The position numbers were made by a program, and so were the translations under genes. A DNA stretch of 63,068 nt, the filler included, from Octopus bimaculoides (Eukaryota), in NCBI RefSeq assembly GCF_001194135.2. It is 6 parts of 5 records of this genome, joined end to end, with 100 filler letters (N's around TTAATTAATTAA, not from the genome) between each part and the next. Parts side by side here need not be neighbours in the genome. Positions count along the whole stretch, not along the records: positions 26,557 to 52,251 come from NC_069004.1; 5 more parts are not named here. One strand, written 5' to 3'. The notes under the pieces were generated by a model. It made no database searches. It worked only from the letters and a program-made list of their open reading frames with translations, and was not told the DNA's origin. This document shows positions 37,385-50,710 of the stretch, one piece after another (within the stretch, counting starts at the first letter, position 1; each line of letters starts with the position of its first letter).

Positions 37385-37525
37385 TTTGACAGAAGGCTAT
37401 TAATTCCAGGGGAGGGACGAGTCGATTACGTCTACGTCCATTGTTCAACTGGTATTCATTTCCTCGACCCACGATTGGATTAAAAGCAAAGCGTACCAAG
37501 GCGGCATTTGAACTTAGAACGTAAA
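37385..37525 (-). mobile_element. SINE type C, degenerate
   Basis: ...AACTGGTATTCATTTCCTCGACCC...AAAAGCAAAG...GGCGGCATTTGAACTTAGAACGTAAAG. Confidence 0.7.
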
Positions 37526-38592
37526 GATAATAATAATTATTACCATTATCATTTTTTTTTTTCTTTATGTAACTAGATGAGAACTACTCAAATTCCGTTT
37601 TTATCTCATTTTAATTGAAGATGAAATATAAAATCTAGAAACGCAGACTCTTTAAACTTCCGAAATATTATTTGCTGACTTGATAAGCATGTCACTTGTA
37701 AACTACGAGCGGTATTTAGATGTCGGATGAAGCAAGTGGTCAGATTAAGCTAATCCAGTTAACGTCTGAAAGCCGAGCCAAGTCACTCAAGACATATTAG
37801 AGATTAATCCTCTTCCAAGACGACATGTATAAAAGCCTTGTCCAACTACTACAACCACTACTGCTACTACTACTACTAATAATAATAATAATAATACCAC
37901 TTCCACCAATCCCACCATCACCACCACCACCTCTACGCCCACCACAGCCACCACTGCCGCCACCACTGACACCACCGCTACCACTACCACCGCCACCACC
38001 GCCACCACCCTACCACTGCTGCTGCTGCTACGACTACTTCGACTACTACTACTAATACTACTACTACTACTACTANNNNNNNNNNNNNNNNNNNNNNNNN
38101 NNNNNNNNNNNNNNNNNNNNNNNNNNNNNNNNNNNNNNNNNNNNNNNNNNNNNNNNNNNNNNNNNNNNNNNNNNNNNNNNNNNNNNNNNNNNNNNNNNNN
38201 NNNNNNNNNNNNNNNNNNNNNNNNNNNNNNNNNNNNNNNNNNNNNNNNNNNNNNNNNNNNNNNNNNNNNNNNNNNNNNNNNNNNNNNNNNNNNNNNNNNN
38301 NNNNNNNNNNNNNNNNNNNNNNNNNNNNNNNNNNNNNNNNNNNNNNNNNNNNNNNNNNNNNNNNNNNNNNNNNNNNNNNNNNNNNNNNNNNNNNNNNNNN
38401 NNNNNNNNNNNNNNNNNNNNNNNNNNNNNNNNNNNNNNNNNNNNNNNNNNNNNNNNNNNNNNNNNNNNNNNNNNNNNNNNNNNNNNNNNNNNNNNNNNNN
38501 NNNNNNNNNNNNNNNNNNNNNNNNNNNNNNNNNNNNNNNNNNNNNNNNNNNNNNNNNNNNNNNNNNNNNNNNNNNNNNNNNNNNNNNNNNNA

Positions 38593-39480
38593 ATGGTGCG
38601 ATACCGAAATGGGAAGAGTGTTTACTGTTTTGGAGTGAGATCTGGGATGGACCAGTTGTGCATAATGATGAAGCTAATTGAAAGGAAAAAAGCTGAAGAT
38701 GAAATGAGAGTCAAAAACAGACAAGAAAGCATTAGAATACCAGAGAGAAAAAAGACAAACGAGAAAAATGAATAATTGGAGGTCGCCATGTCCTGTTGGA
38801 TTGCAGGGATAATGTCTTAAAGTATTTACGACATGCTATTAGAGAATTGCAAAGTAATTCTAAGGATTCTTAAATGGGTGGTGGTGTTCCACTGTGGATG
38901 AGACATGGAAGAGCATCATCAGCTTTGGATGATATGTCAAAGGGTAACGAAGTGTCAAAGTGTCGACCAGTATCAGGTTCAGCAATCATTTGGAAATTGC
39001 TGTCAGGAGTAATAGCTGAGGAACTATAAAAATTTAGGGGTAATGAAAGGTTATTAGCAGATGAGCTGAAGGGTTGTAAATGCAGCTAAAGGCGAACAAA
39101 AGATCAAGGTGTTAATAGACAAGCCATCAGCTTGAACTGCGAAAGAAGGTTAATGAGACTAGGAATGGCGTGGATAGATTACAAAAAGACCCATGATACG
39201 ATGCTTCACAGCTGGGTAGGGAAATGTTTGGAGATACTTGGAGTGGTAGATAATGCATAAAGATTGTTAAAAAAACACTGACGTCCTCGAAAAGGGAGTT
39301 CACATCCGCAGGTATAGTGAACATCGAATGAGGAATATTTCGGGAAGATATTCACCTTTCACTACTCTTTTTTGTATTGATATTAATACCGCTTTCGATG
39401 GTTTTGACAGTTGTTGAAGGATATTATGATTTGAGAAATGGAGTCGGTGTGGTTAACCACCTACTATACAAGAAACGAAT
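38593..39480 (+). mobile_element. Decayed R4/Dong-like reverse transcriptase
   Basis: KGNEVSKCRPV...IWKLLSGVIAEEL; KDQ.LID; GMAWIDYKKTHD.MLHSW (39171); GIF.ED; IPLSMVL...VNHLLY. These follow the motif order of RLE-clade RT, with many disruptions. Confidence 0.8.
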
Positions 39481-39499
39481 GCATTGTTTCGCATGGGCA

Positions 39500-39605
39500 C
39501 AAGGTTTGAAATTTCGATTCAGTACTTGATCGGTACTTTACTTTATCGACCCTGGACGGCCGAAAGGCAAAGTTGATCTCGGCATGATTTGAACTCGTGC
39601 GTAAC
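39500..39605 (-). mobile_element. SINE type C core fragment
   Basis: GGTACTTTACTTTATCGACCC...GAAAGGCAAAGTTGATCTCGGCATGATTTGAACTC. Confidence 0.7.
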
Positions 39606-40261
39606 GAATATATAACGTCTTCTTTCCATTATCCCCACACAGCTGCGCTTGTGACAAAAAAGATTAAAAAAGAAAAGAGAAGAACGACGATAATAAAGGG
39701 GTTCACATTTGGACTCCGTTTGTCCCCAAGTCTATTCGATCTTGGTTGACCAATGTTCAAGAAAAACAACAGCAACACCAACACCAACATCATAGATGAC
39801 TGCTTTATTATTGGATATTGGGAACCGGGGTGGACAAAAATACGCCATATTTTAAATAAACAAACAAAAACAAATAAATAAGAAAATCGTGGAGAATATA
39901 TTCTTTTTGTTTTGATTAAAATCAAACAGATCGATAATAAATTGTCCTGTTAAACTTAAAAACAAAATGAGAAACTGAGAACGAAAATTATTTTATATTC
40001 TTCTGGTTTTATGCCAATAGATGTGGAGACATCTAAACGAAATGGAAGCCGTATTAATCTGGTAAACAAGTAATTTTTGACAATATCTTGTAAATATTTA
40101 CCAGTTGAACTGGTCTAGTTAGTTGAGGGGATAAAAAAATCGCCCGACGTGCTGTACGTATTTATTTATCATTTTAACGATGCTCCTTGGTACATTGGTA
40201 GAAAAGTTAGAGTGTCGGCCAAAACCAAAAATGCCTTCCGCTATATAGTCATGACTGTATA

Positions 40262-40760
40262 TCTTTTCTTCGGCTGTCCGTCGTAGATCGACGTTGACTG
40301 TCTCTGTTCAGTATTCGTTTCTGGAAGGCTCACATGTGGGTTACAAGGCCTGCTCTTCATCTGAAGCAGCAATGACATTTGTTGCATGTTAAGCTACTTG
40401 AAACAGGGAGAAGTGACGATTTTCATCTGCTCTTCTGTATTCTCTATGTTCTTTGTCCTCGATGGTTGGAATTACGAGCTTCAACAATCGGTGCCATTCA
40501 TCGTAGTGCAAGGCTTTCTCCTTCCATGTGTCTGGGGAGGATGGTGGAGTTCTTCATATGTCATTTCAGCAGATCCATGTTTAGCAAACTCTGACCACCA
40601 CGGCTCAACTTGCCATGACGCAGCTCAGCGTAGAAAACTACTTTTAGGAGCCTACCGCCCTCCAACCTGTAAACATATCCGGCCCAGCGCAGATCTCCAC
40701 ACTAACTCTACCAGAAATGCGATCCGGCCATCTGCCATGCTAAATGGAGCGTAGATGAAG
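40262..40760 (-). mobile_element. RTE (BovB-like) LINE 3' end
   Basis: The minus strand reads LRWAGYVYRLEGGRLLKVVFYAELRHGK..., then a degenerate C2H2 region and terminal ACGTCGATCTACGACGGACAGCCGAAGAAAAGA. Confidence 0.8.
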
Positions 40761-42128
40761 AAGATGAAACTTTAATTTTCATCTTTCCTAGGTTGATAAG
40801 TCGACGAATTGTTTAAAAGAAGTATGAGGCCTCTACATAAAATTCCTTGCCTGTTTAGCTCCAGAGGATGGGGAACGAATTTGACCTTGTAAGATGTCAA
40901 AAAATTATTTATAAATTATAAACGCTAAGAAAGGGTATAAAAGGATATACAAATTTATAAAGATATCAAATTTAAAATATAAAAAATTTATAAAATATAA
41001 TGTGTGATTACAAATATAAAAAAATATAATATTAATTATACAGTAAGCTTTATGAAAAAAATTATAAACTTTCAAACCCTTTAAAAGTTATAGAGGCGGC
41101 ACAAATATATGAGAGGGTATATAAATACACAAAAAATTAATAATAGAAAATATTAAAATTTTATAAAAATTTTATTAAAAATATTTTTTGAAGGATGATA
41201 TAAACGGTATAAATGAGATATAAATAAGGATATAGAATAAAATAAAATAAGAAATAAAATAAGGATTATTGTATAAATTATATTGGTATATTGAAAAGTT
41301 TTCCTAGACATGTCATTATCAGTAATACAATGAAAAATGAAATATATTAACGGAAATAAAATTACCTTTGAAAATGGGTTTATAAAATATTTCTAAAATA
41401 CATCAAAAGCACTGATAATTATAACAGATCTTAGGGGATATATTTTATACTTGAGGGAGGTGAGATATTTAGTAATCTGTTGTAAAATTTATGTTATACT
41501 AACTACGAGGGAAGAGATTGCCAATACTAATGGGGTAAATATATAATATAATTATTGAAGGTTTATAGATCAAATGGATTAAGGGTTATTAGAAAACGTT
41601 ACTGAATAGGTTTCGAGATAATAGAGGATAAGCTATGCATGATATGACACACCGGATAACTCATGCGATCAAAGCACAGTGTGATATACTTATTATTAGC
41701 TACTTATAAAGAATTTAAAGGTACGGGTAATCCTATGAACACATGACACATTAAGATCAAATTTATTATTGATTAGGTTTTGTTTATCTCTATATTCGAA
41801 TATCTCATACATCTCCATACAACATAGTTTACATCCATAGCGGCTATTTGTGTATGGCTAAGCTCTACACATTATATCCCACTTTAGGCTGAATTTAATA
41901 TTATTATCATTGAGTTCCCAGATTTTCGTAGATTATGAGGTACTGCTGGCTTTATGCCTAAGTCTAAAGGACGAAAAATGGTTATTCAAGGTTTTTTTTT
42001 TTCATATTTACAAAGCACCCGACGTGAAAGAAGTTATTAGTTTTCGTACATTTATATATATTACCTGCCAAACACTGACCTTAATGGGCATTGAGATCAT
42101 TCCCTACGATTACAACACAGTTACACCG

Positions 42129-42165
<37 letters not shown>

Positions 42166-42197
42166 NNNNNNNNNNTGTGTGTGTGTGTGTGTGTGTG

Positions 42198-42235
<38 letters not shown>

Positions 42236-43123
42236 TATATGTGTGTGTTTGCGCGGGCGTCTGTGTATCTGTGTGTGTGTATCGGTGGATATTATATCGT
42301 CAAAGAAAACCAATTGATCTATGCTTTAAGGATCCCATCTACATGGTAGTATTTATTTCGCCCCAATTTTCTTGCTACTCCCATTAAGCTCGCTCATAGA
42401 AATTGCAATGAAGCAGTGATTGGTTCGTTGGAAAACTATAACCGCAAAGGACACTGTTGTTTACTAATACATAACAAATAAAAAAAAGAAAACGAAACAA
42501 AATAAATAACATTTCAACAAAATATTGTAAATATTTACCAGCCAAAGCAATCTAGCTAATTGTAGCAGTTGAAAAAAATACAACCTCCTCGATGCGCTAA
42601 TATATTTATTATTTTTACAAAACTTGTTATGATTCAACTGGTTTTGATAAAAATCTCGCTATAACTATCAGAGATGTAGACATAGCCATATATAGATAAC
42701 ACGAAATCAATAAATTTTTAGCACCAGAAGTATATACAGAAAAAACAAATCGCGTTGGAATATTATCATCGTAATACTAATTCTATAGACAAGACAACGA
42801 GAAGGCCGTTCTGTAGTTTGTCACTCCAGCTGGAAGAAAGAAAAGAAACAGCAACAACAACAGTGATATCTGATAAAAATAACAGCTTTAGCGTTTTAAA
42901 AAATGGAAGAACTCTTTGGATAATGAAAGTAGAAACGGTATGAAGAAATAGTTGGATAAAACACAAAAACTAAAAGCTAAACAATAAATATTTTACGCTG
43001 TAACGTCTTTGATCATGCGTCTGTAGGTACGCTTACTCAAACTGGAATAGCCCGAAATAAACAGCAACAATAATCCAGTCTAAATTTGGCACAAGAAAAA
43101 AAATCCGGAGCTAGAGTCGTCGT

Positions 43124-43468
43124 GACACTCCGTTGATTACGACGACGAGGGTTCCAGTTGATCCGATCAATGGAACAGCCTGCTCGTGAAATTAAAGTGC
43201 AAGTGGTTGAGCACTCCACTGACACGAACCCTGCTGTACTCTTTCACCACAACTTTCTCTCACTCTTTCTTCCTGTTTCTGTTGTACCTGTATTTCAAAG
43301 GGCCAGCCTTTTCACACTGTGTCACGCTGAATATCCCCGAGAACTACGTTAAGGGTACATGTGTCTGTGGAGTGCTCAGCCACTTGCACGTTAATTTCAC
43401 GAGCAGGCTGTTCCGTTGATCGGATCAACTGGAACCCTCGACGTCGTGAGCGACGGAGTGCTAACACA
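43124..43468. mobile_element. Fold-back SINE type B (two 3' ends back to back)
   Basis: 43124-43226 is the type B tail on the minus strand. 43225-43468 is body plus tail on the plus strand. They join at a shared CG. Confidence 0.9.
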
Positions 43469-44188
43469 AAATGTATGTATGTATGCAAGAATTCATTATT
43501 TTAAATATTAATATTCATTTTCATAAAATATATTTCCCATGTTGTACTGAAACAATTTTGTCTATAGGATTAAAAATACTTGCCACAGATTCCAAGCTTA
43601 GGTTTAACATATATAGATATGTACACACACATACATACACACACACACACATACACACACGCACACAGGCACATATATATTCTACCGTTTTACGATATAA
43701 TACGGTATAATTTATATATAATTTCCTTTATTTCCTTTAATCCTCAAGTAAGATTATTGGCACACAAGCACCTGTATGTGTCAGGTAAATTGTACTATTA
43801 TGTTTGGTGTTATTACATTCTAATTTGAAACTCTCTCATTTTCAAACAGATTGGCAACGGAATGGTAGGTGAGATCTTGAGACTCATTTCGTAATTTCCT
43901 ACTTCATTTCTGTTTTTGAGATCTTATTGTAATTCTCTGACAGGTTGTTGCTGCTGTTGTTGTTGTTGTTGTTGTTATTGTTGTTGTTGTTGGAAACGTC
44001 ATATATTTCGTCGTATATTTTATCAATGAATGATGACATTTTGAGTATGTGGAATGTGTGTATAAGTGTGTGTGTGTAAGAATAAGAGGGAGAATGAACG
44101 TGTGTGAGACACTGTTGTGTATGTGTGTATGATTAACTGTTTATGGTGACGTGTGTTTGCGTGTGCGTTTGTGAATATGTGTATAGGT

Positions 44189-44221
<33 letters not shown>

Positions 44222-44384
44222 GTGCTAGTCTCCGTAAGTGTTCGAATTTGGGAAAGAGGGAAAAGTGTGTGTGTGTGTGCGCGCGTGTGTGTATGTTTGT
44301 TTGTGTGTTTGTGTGTGTTTAGGAGGTTTTGTGCATGCATTCTGAGTGCGCGCGCATGTGTGTATGAGATGACAGCAAGACGAT

Positions 44385-44728
44385 GACGACGATGGGGACG
44401 ATGATGATGATGATGATGACGATGATGATGATGATGATGATGTGGATGTGACTGATTTACAAGAAGAAGAAGAAGAAGAAGAAGAAGAAGATAGAGACAT
44501 TTGAGGAAGGGCAATGTATAGCAAATCACTCTTCTTCTTCTTCTTCTTCTTCTTCTTCTCCTTCTTCTTTTTCTTGTCCTCCTCCATCTTCTTTCTTCTT
44601 CTTTCTTCTTCTTCTTCTTCTTCTCCTCCTTCTTCTTCTTCTTCTTCTTCTTCTTCTTCTCCTCCTCCTCCTCCTTCTTCTTCTTCTCCTCCTCCTCCAT
44701 CTTCCTTCTACTTCTTCTTCTTCTTCTT

Positions 44729-44765
<37 letters not shown>

Positions 44766-44820
44766 CTCCTCTGTTTCTCCTCCTCCTCCTTATTATTCTC
44801 CTTCTTCCTCCTCTTCTTGT
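44385..44820. repeat. Trinucleotide mosaic (GAT)n-(GAA)n-(CTT/CCT)n-(CTA)n
   Basis: Direct reading. It explains the poly-K/E/R/S/F ORFs. Confidence 0.95.
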
Positions 44821-45123
44821 CTATCCTTCCCACATAATCATCATGCTAACTACTCGTTTTTCAAATGTAGTTTTATTTATTTTTTCTTTCCTGCCAATAT
44901 AAGTAAAAGTAAAACGATATCTGGAAGACCAACTGTATCACAGTGCACTTTTGATGTATGTCTTATGAAGTGCCACTGTAATGTGTAAAACCGCAAGCGC
45001 TACGCCAATTTTTGCCTCGAATTTTAGCGTAAACTGGCGTTACAAGAAGAGTTGGTGCAGAAACAGTTGTAACCAATCATTAAAGATGTGTTAAAGAATT
45101 ACCTTTGCCTTCTTATTATTTGG

Positions 45124-45165
<42 letters not shown>

Positions 45166-45324
45166 NNNNNNNNNNNNNNNNNNNNNNNNNNNNNNNNNNN
45201 NNNNNNNNNNNNNNNNNNNNNNNNNNNNNNNNNNNNNNNNNNNNNNNNNNNNNNNNNNNNNNNNNNNNNNNNNNNNNNNNNNNNNNNNNNNNNNNNNNNN
45301 NNNNNNNNNNNNNNNNNNNNNNNN

Positions 45325-45392
<68 letters not shown>

Positions 45393-46378
45393 TCAAAGGC
45401 AGCGCCTCAGCATGGCTGCAGTCTAATGACTGAAGCAAGTAAATTATAAAACATATATATATATACACACACACTCTCTTATATATATATATTTATATGT
45501 GAGTGTGTGTGTGTTTCTGTGTGCGTGTGTGTGTGTGTGTATTCCACGTATGAAACTTTCAATAATTATAAGAATAAATAAAATGAAAGTATTGTTGTTG
45601 AAATTCTTGAAGTGAATTTCACGAAGAATGAAAACGAAAGTATAAGTGTGTGCCATGGCGTTGGGGGAATGCGAATTAGGTGACAAAAAGAAGATAACGA
45701 AAGAAATAAGCAGAAAATTTAAGATGTCTTTCATTCTTTCATAATTTTATATATCAGTAAACTCGTTTCAGTTGTAATCTCAAGAGATCGGACATCGCAT
45801 TAAAAATACTTGTATAAATCCTTTGTTGATTTCAGCTTCGACACTTAACTGCGTAAACAGAAGGTGTTGTTGCTTACCATGTGTGCAGAGAGATGTGTAT
45901 TTAGAATACGTAAACATACATACATACGTTCCTATGCTAATACATACAAACACACGCATGTGTATACATATATACAACTCATGGCTCACCACTTTAGCCT
46001 GCGTGGATATCCACCCACCACCATCCACACCGCCCTTGCCAGAGCACGTTCTGTGGACCGTGCATCTGCTCTCTCCCCCCGAACCCGCCCTGCCGTTTCC
46101 CGCCTCCCTTTTCCCCTCACCTACCATCCCACCACCCNNNNNNNNNNNNNNNNNNNNNNNNNNNNNNNNNNNNNNNNNNNNNNNNNNNNNNNNNNNNNNN
46201 NNNNNNNNNNNNNNNNNNNNNNNNGTATACATATAAATATGTACATATACGGAGAGAGAGAGAGATAGACGTATGTATGTATATATGTATGCACTTACAG
46301 ATACATACGTGTATATGTAAATGTAAATATTGTGTATATTCTTTCTGATATCAAAGAATATGTGCTTTGTTCATGATG

Positions 46379-46410
<32 letters not shown>

Positions 46411-46613
46411 CTGGTATGGTTATTCACATATAGATATATAGCAAGGTATACTGATAGACAGATAATTAAAGACTAAGGTAGATAGATTTAATAATATGGT
46501 CTATGCATATATTCCGATAAACATAAATGTCCATGGCAAAACTACACCCACACTCGCACACAGTTACATTTGTACGTCGTCAGTAACTCACGCATACAGT
46601 GACAAATGCATAA

Positions 46614-46723
<110 letters not shown>

Positions 46724-48801
46724 ATGTGTGTGCTCGTGTGTTCTTGTGTGGGTGTGTGTTCATACAAATCTAAGAAGCTCGCTTCCCAGTCACATGAGTG
46801 TCTGTGGAACATTCAGCCACATTAATTTCACGTACAAGGCTGTTCCATTGATCGGAGCAAACAGAATCCTCGTTGTCATAGATATTTCAAAGATAATCAA
46901 GGAGTGTATTATTTAATGGGCTCTTCCAGTAGGGAGATATTTCAATATGATTTGATGAATGTTCGGCTCTTAATTTCTAACAGGTCGATCTGCAACATAA
47001 TGGCTACGACATTGGGTCATTGTTGTCATAGTGCTTCAAGTCATGCTTGGTAGTGTAGACTTAAAATCAGAGAATTCCAAAAATGATCATACAGTTTGTT
47101 TCTTTGTTTTTTCTTTCCTATAAAAATTCAGAACCGCACTATGTGTGTCCAAATTTAAGAAGATAGCGTGAGATTTGAGGAAGAATCTCCTGCTTTGTCT
47201 ATAAGATAACACAACTAAATACTACATAGTAGCTACCACACTGACGGTTCTGTGTTTATTTTAGGTGTCGGCCATGTATAAAAAACAACGCATCACTAAC
47301 GTATAATGGATTCGAACCTTCGATCTTACGACCAGTACTTTGATGCAGGTCAGCCAGCATACACGATATCTTTAATAGCAATATGAATATTCAAACATAT
47401 CGCTTGCTCTGTCGCTTGATTGAATTATGTGATACGAAGCAGGAAAATAATGAATTCTAAAAGATTCAAGAATTATATAAAAAAATAGTTCGATTATGTT
47501 AAATCATTCTATCAAACGTTCAGTTAACTAAATAAATAAATAAAAATATTATAAATTTCTATTTTCTTTTTCTTTTCGAATAATTTTGATTGTATTTTTT
47601 TGTTAGTGTTTTTAATTGAAATTCATTTGGTATTTTCATGCCAAACCGATTGAATCATAAACTTTTGATAATGATTTTTGCTTAATTTATGAAACATTTT
47701 CTAATCTAAATAAAAGAAATATTATAAATTCTATCAGCAAACCAATAAATAAATATATAAATAAATAAATGAAATGGTGATTTTTTCTGTGTGTGGTGTG
47801 GTGTGGTGGGGGGAGAAAAAATATTACGGTTGATCTGAAAAGAAAATAACTAATTTATGAGAGACCACAGAAGTTAATTGGCATCAAATAATCTGAGAGG
47901 TGTTTGTTAGATGAACAAAAAAAAAACAGTTAAAAGAAAATGAAAACAGCTAAATACAAAAGAAAAAAAAATGAAATAAACAACCACCATAAAACACAAA
48001 AATAATAGTGTATTGGGAAGTGAAGGGATAAACTTGCGTTCTAAGTAAATATTCAAAAAAACAAAACATCGGAACCGAGTAACAAGCGTTTCCACTAATG
48101 GCTTGAAATACCTAAAGAGGAAAAAAAATCTGAATACCTGTCTTAACCTGGGTAACGAAACTCGGCGAAGAAGAATTAAGAAATAAACGATTTTATTTTA
48201 AATGACGTTCAAGGAGCGATGCCAAATTCTTGAATTTTGATTAAGTTCTAACTTTTGGAATATTTTTCAAAATATTTTCTTTATTTCAAATTATTTTTCG
48301 CTATTACGTTTTTTTTTTTTATATATTTTAGTATTTGAATTTTATTCTTATTTTTACTTCTTTATACTTTATTTAAACTTTATTTTTATTGTGCATTTGT
48401 TATTTATATGATTTATTTATATTTTATTTTTGCTAAACGAGGGCACTGAGCGTGAAGGACTTTGATCACCGGATTAAGAGCCATTAATGTATTTAACTCT
48501 TTTACTTAAAGATCGTAATTTCTAAAAACTCTACCAAAATGCTGTTTAGCTTTTATCCTTGTGAGGCAAATAATACTGAAGCCATCACTGTGTTACACAG
48601 CATTATCTTAAAAAGGAAAGGAATAATTGGATAAGGTAGTCTAAAGTACACTAGACCGAGAATAAAATAGAAAAGTCATGGCTTATATACTTTGATTTAA
48701 AGATTATCCGCTCAATCAGAACTGCAGGGAGTGTAAACAAAAATAACAACAACCGTAAGTTATGACCGATGAAGGAACCTCCTTGGATCGTTCTCCCCCC
48801 A

Positions 48802-49192
48802 GTGGAGGCGCAATGGCCCAGTGGTTAGGGCAGCGGACTCACGATCATAGGATCGCGGTTTCGATTCCCAGACCGGGCGGTGTGAGTGTTTATTGAGCGA
48901 AAACACCTAAAGCTCCACGAGGCTCCAGCAGAGGATGGTGGTGAACACTGCTGTACTCTTTCACCACAACTTTCTCTCACTCTTATTTCCTGTTTCTTTT
49001 GTACCTGTAATTCAAAGGGTCAGTCTTGTCACACACTGTGTCATGCTGAATATCCCCGAGAACTACGTTAAGGGTACACGTGTCTGCGGAGTGCTCAGCC
49101 ACTTGCACGTTAATTTCACGAGCAGGCTGTTCCGTTGATCGGATCAACTGGAACCATCGACGTCGTAAGCGACGGAGTGCCAACAACAACAA
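48802..49192 (+). mobile_element. SINE type B, full length
   Basis: GTGGAGGCGCAATGGCCCAGTGGTTAGGG...GGAGTGCCAACAACAACAA. TSD cgttctccc at 48789-48797 and 49193-49201. Confidence 0.95.
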
Positions 49193-49655
49193 CGTTCTCC
49201 CTCCCCCCACTCCAGAAATAGCAGTTAAGTATCACTGGGATGGTTTCCACCGTCATGGTTCCGGGTTCAATCCCAACACTTACATATGTCATCACAACTT
49301 ATTCTATGATCAAATTATTTCCATCGAAACCTATCCCTTCCATCCATATATTATCTCATCGTAACACATATTGCCTAAACTCCCCATATCCTACTGCATC
49401 TAACGAGCTTTACCTTGTCGGTCTCATCATAACTTATTTCACATCTTAGCCTCTCTTATCTTATCTTCACATATCTCATATTTTCTTACCACATCATACT
49501 TTATTCATGATATCATAAAACGTCTGAATTTCTCTCATTTTAGCTAAGTTTATCCAATACTTTAAGTCTTTCTTTCTTACTCACATTCCATTTAAAGCTA
49601 TCCTACAAAGTCACAGTGTGTCTTCACGTATATTCATTCATACAGGCATTCATAT

Positions 49656-49692
<37 letters not shown>

Positions 49693-50151
49693 NNNNNNNN
49701 NNNNNNNNNNNNNNNNNNNNNNNNNNNNNNNNNNNNNNNNNNNNNNNNNNNNNNNNNNNNNNNNNNNNNNNNNNNNNNNNNNNNNNNNNNNNNNNNNNNN
49801 NNNNNNNNNNNNNNNNNNNNNNNNNNNNNNNNNNNNNNNNNNNNNNNNNNNNNNNNNNNNNNNNNNNNNNNNNNNNNNNNNNNNNNNNNNNNNNNNNNNN
49901 NNNNNNNNNNNNNNNNNNNNNNNNNNNNNNNNNNNNNNNNNNNNNNNNNNNNNNNNNNNNNNNNNNNNNNNNNNNNNNNNNNNNNNNNNNNNNNNNNNNN
50001 NNNNNNNNNNNNNNNNNNNNNNNNNNNNNNNNNNNNNNNNNNNNNNNNNNNNNNNNNNNNNNNNNNNNNNNNNNNNNNNNNNNNNNNNNNNNNNNNNNNN
50101 NNNNNNNNNNNNNNNNNNNNNNNNNNNNNNNNNNNNNNNNNNNNNNNNNNN

Positions 50152-50199
<48 letters not shown>

Positions 50200-50413
50200 A
50201 TTAATTTTATTATCCTTACCGAGTGCCCGAAAACAGTCAGCGAACACCAACTGTGTAACTACAAAAAAAAAAAAAGAAAGGAAGAAAGAAAAAGACTCCA
50301 AAATCACTAAAGACAAAACAAGAAAAAATCAGCAATGACAAGAAAGAAAGCTTGCTATAGAATGAAAAACAGCAGAAAAGAAAAACAAAACAATAGCAAT
50401 AACACCACGAAAA

Positions 50414-50500
<87 letters not shown>

Positions 50501-50667
50501 GCGACGATGGTGGCGACGACGGCCGTTTGAGTGAGAATAACGAGTGCTTCGGCAATGTACATTGGATAGTTGACTTTTGCCAGACACAGGCATGTTTACG
50601 CTCTCGCCTGATAGCGATGCCTAAAGCAAGAATACACACACACACTCACATACACACACACATACAT

Positions 50668-50710
<43 letters not shown>

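Noticed and set aside
40386-40754. 122-aa plus-strand ORF
   Set aside because: It is the antisense frame of an RTE LINE 3' end.
47290-47345. tRNA gene (GGATTCGAACC B-box-like)
   Set aside because: No cloverleaf can be formed. At most it is a decayed SINE head.
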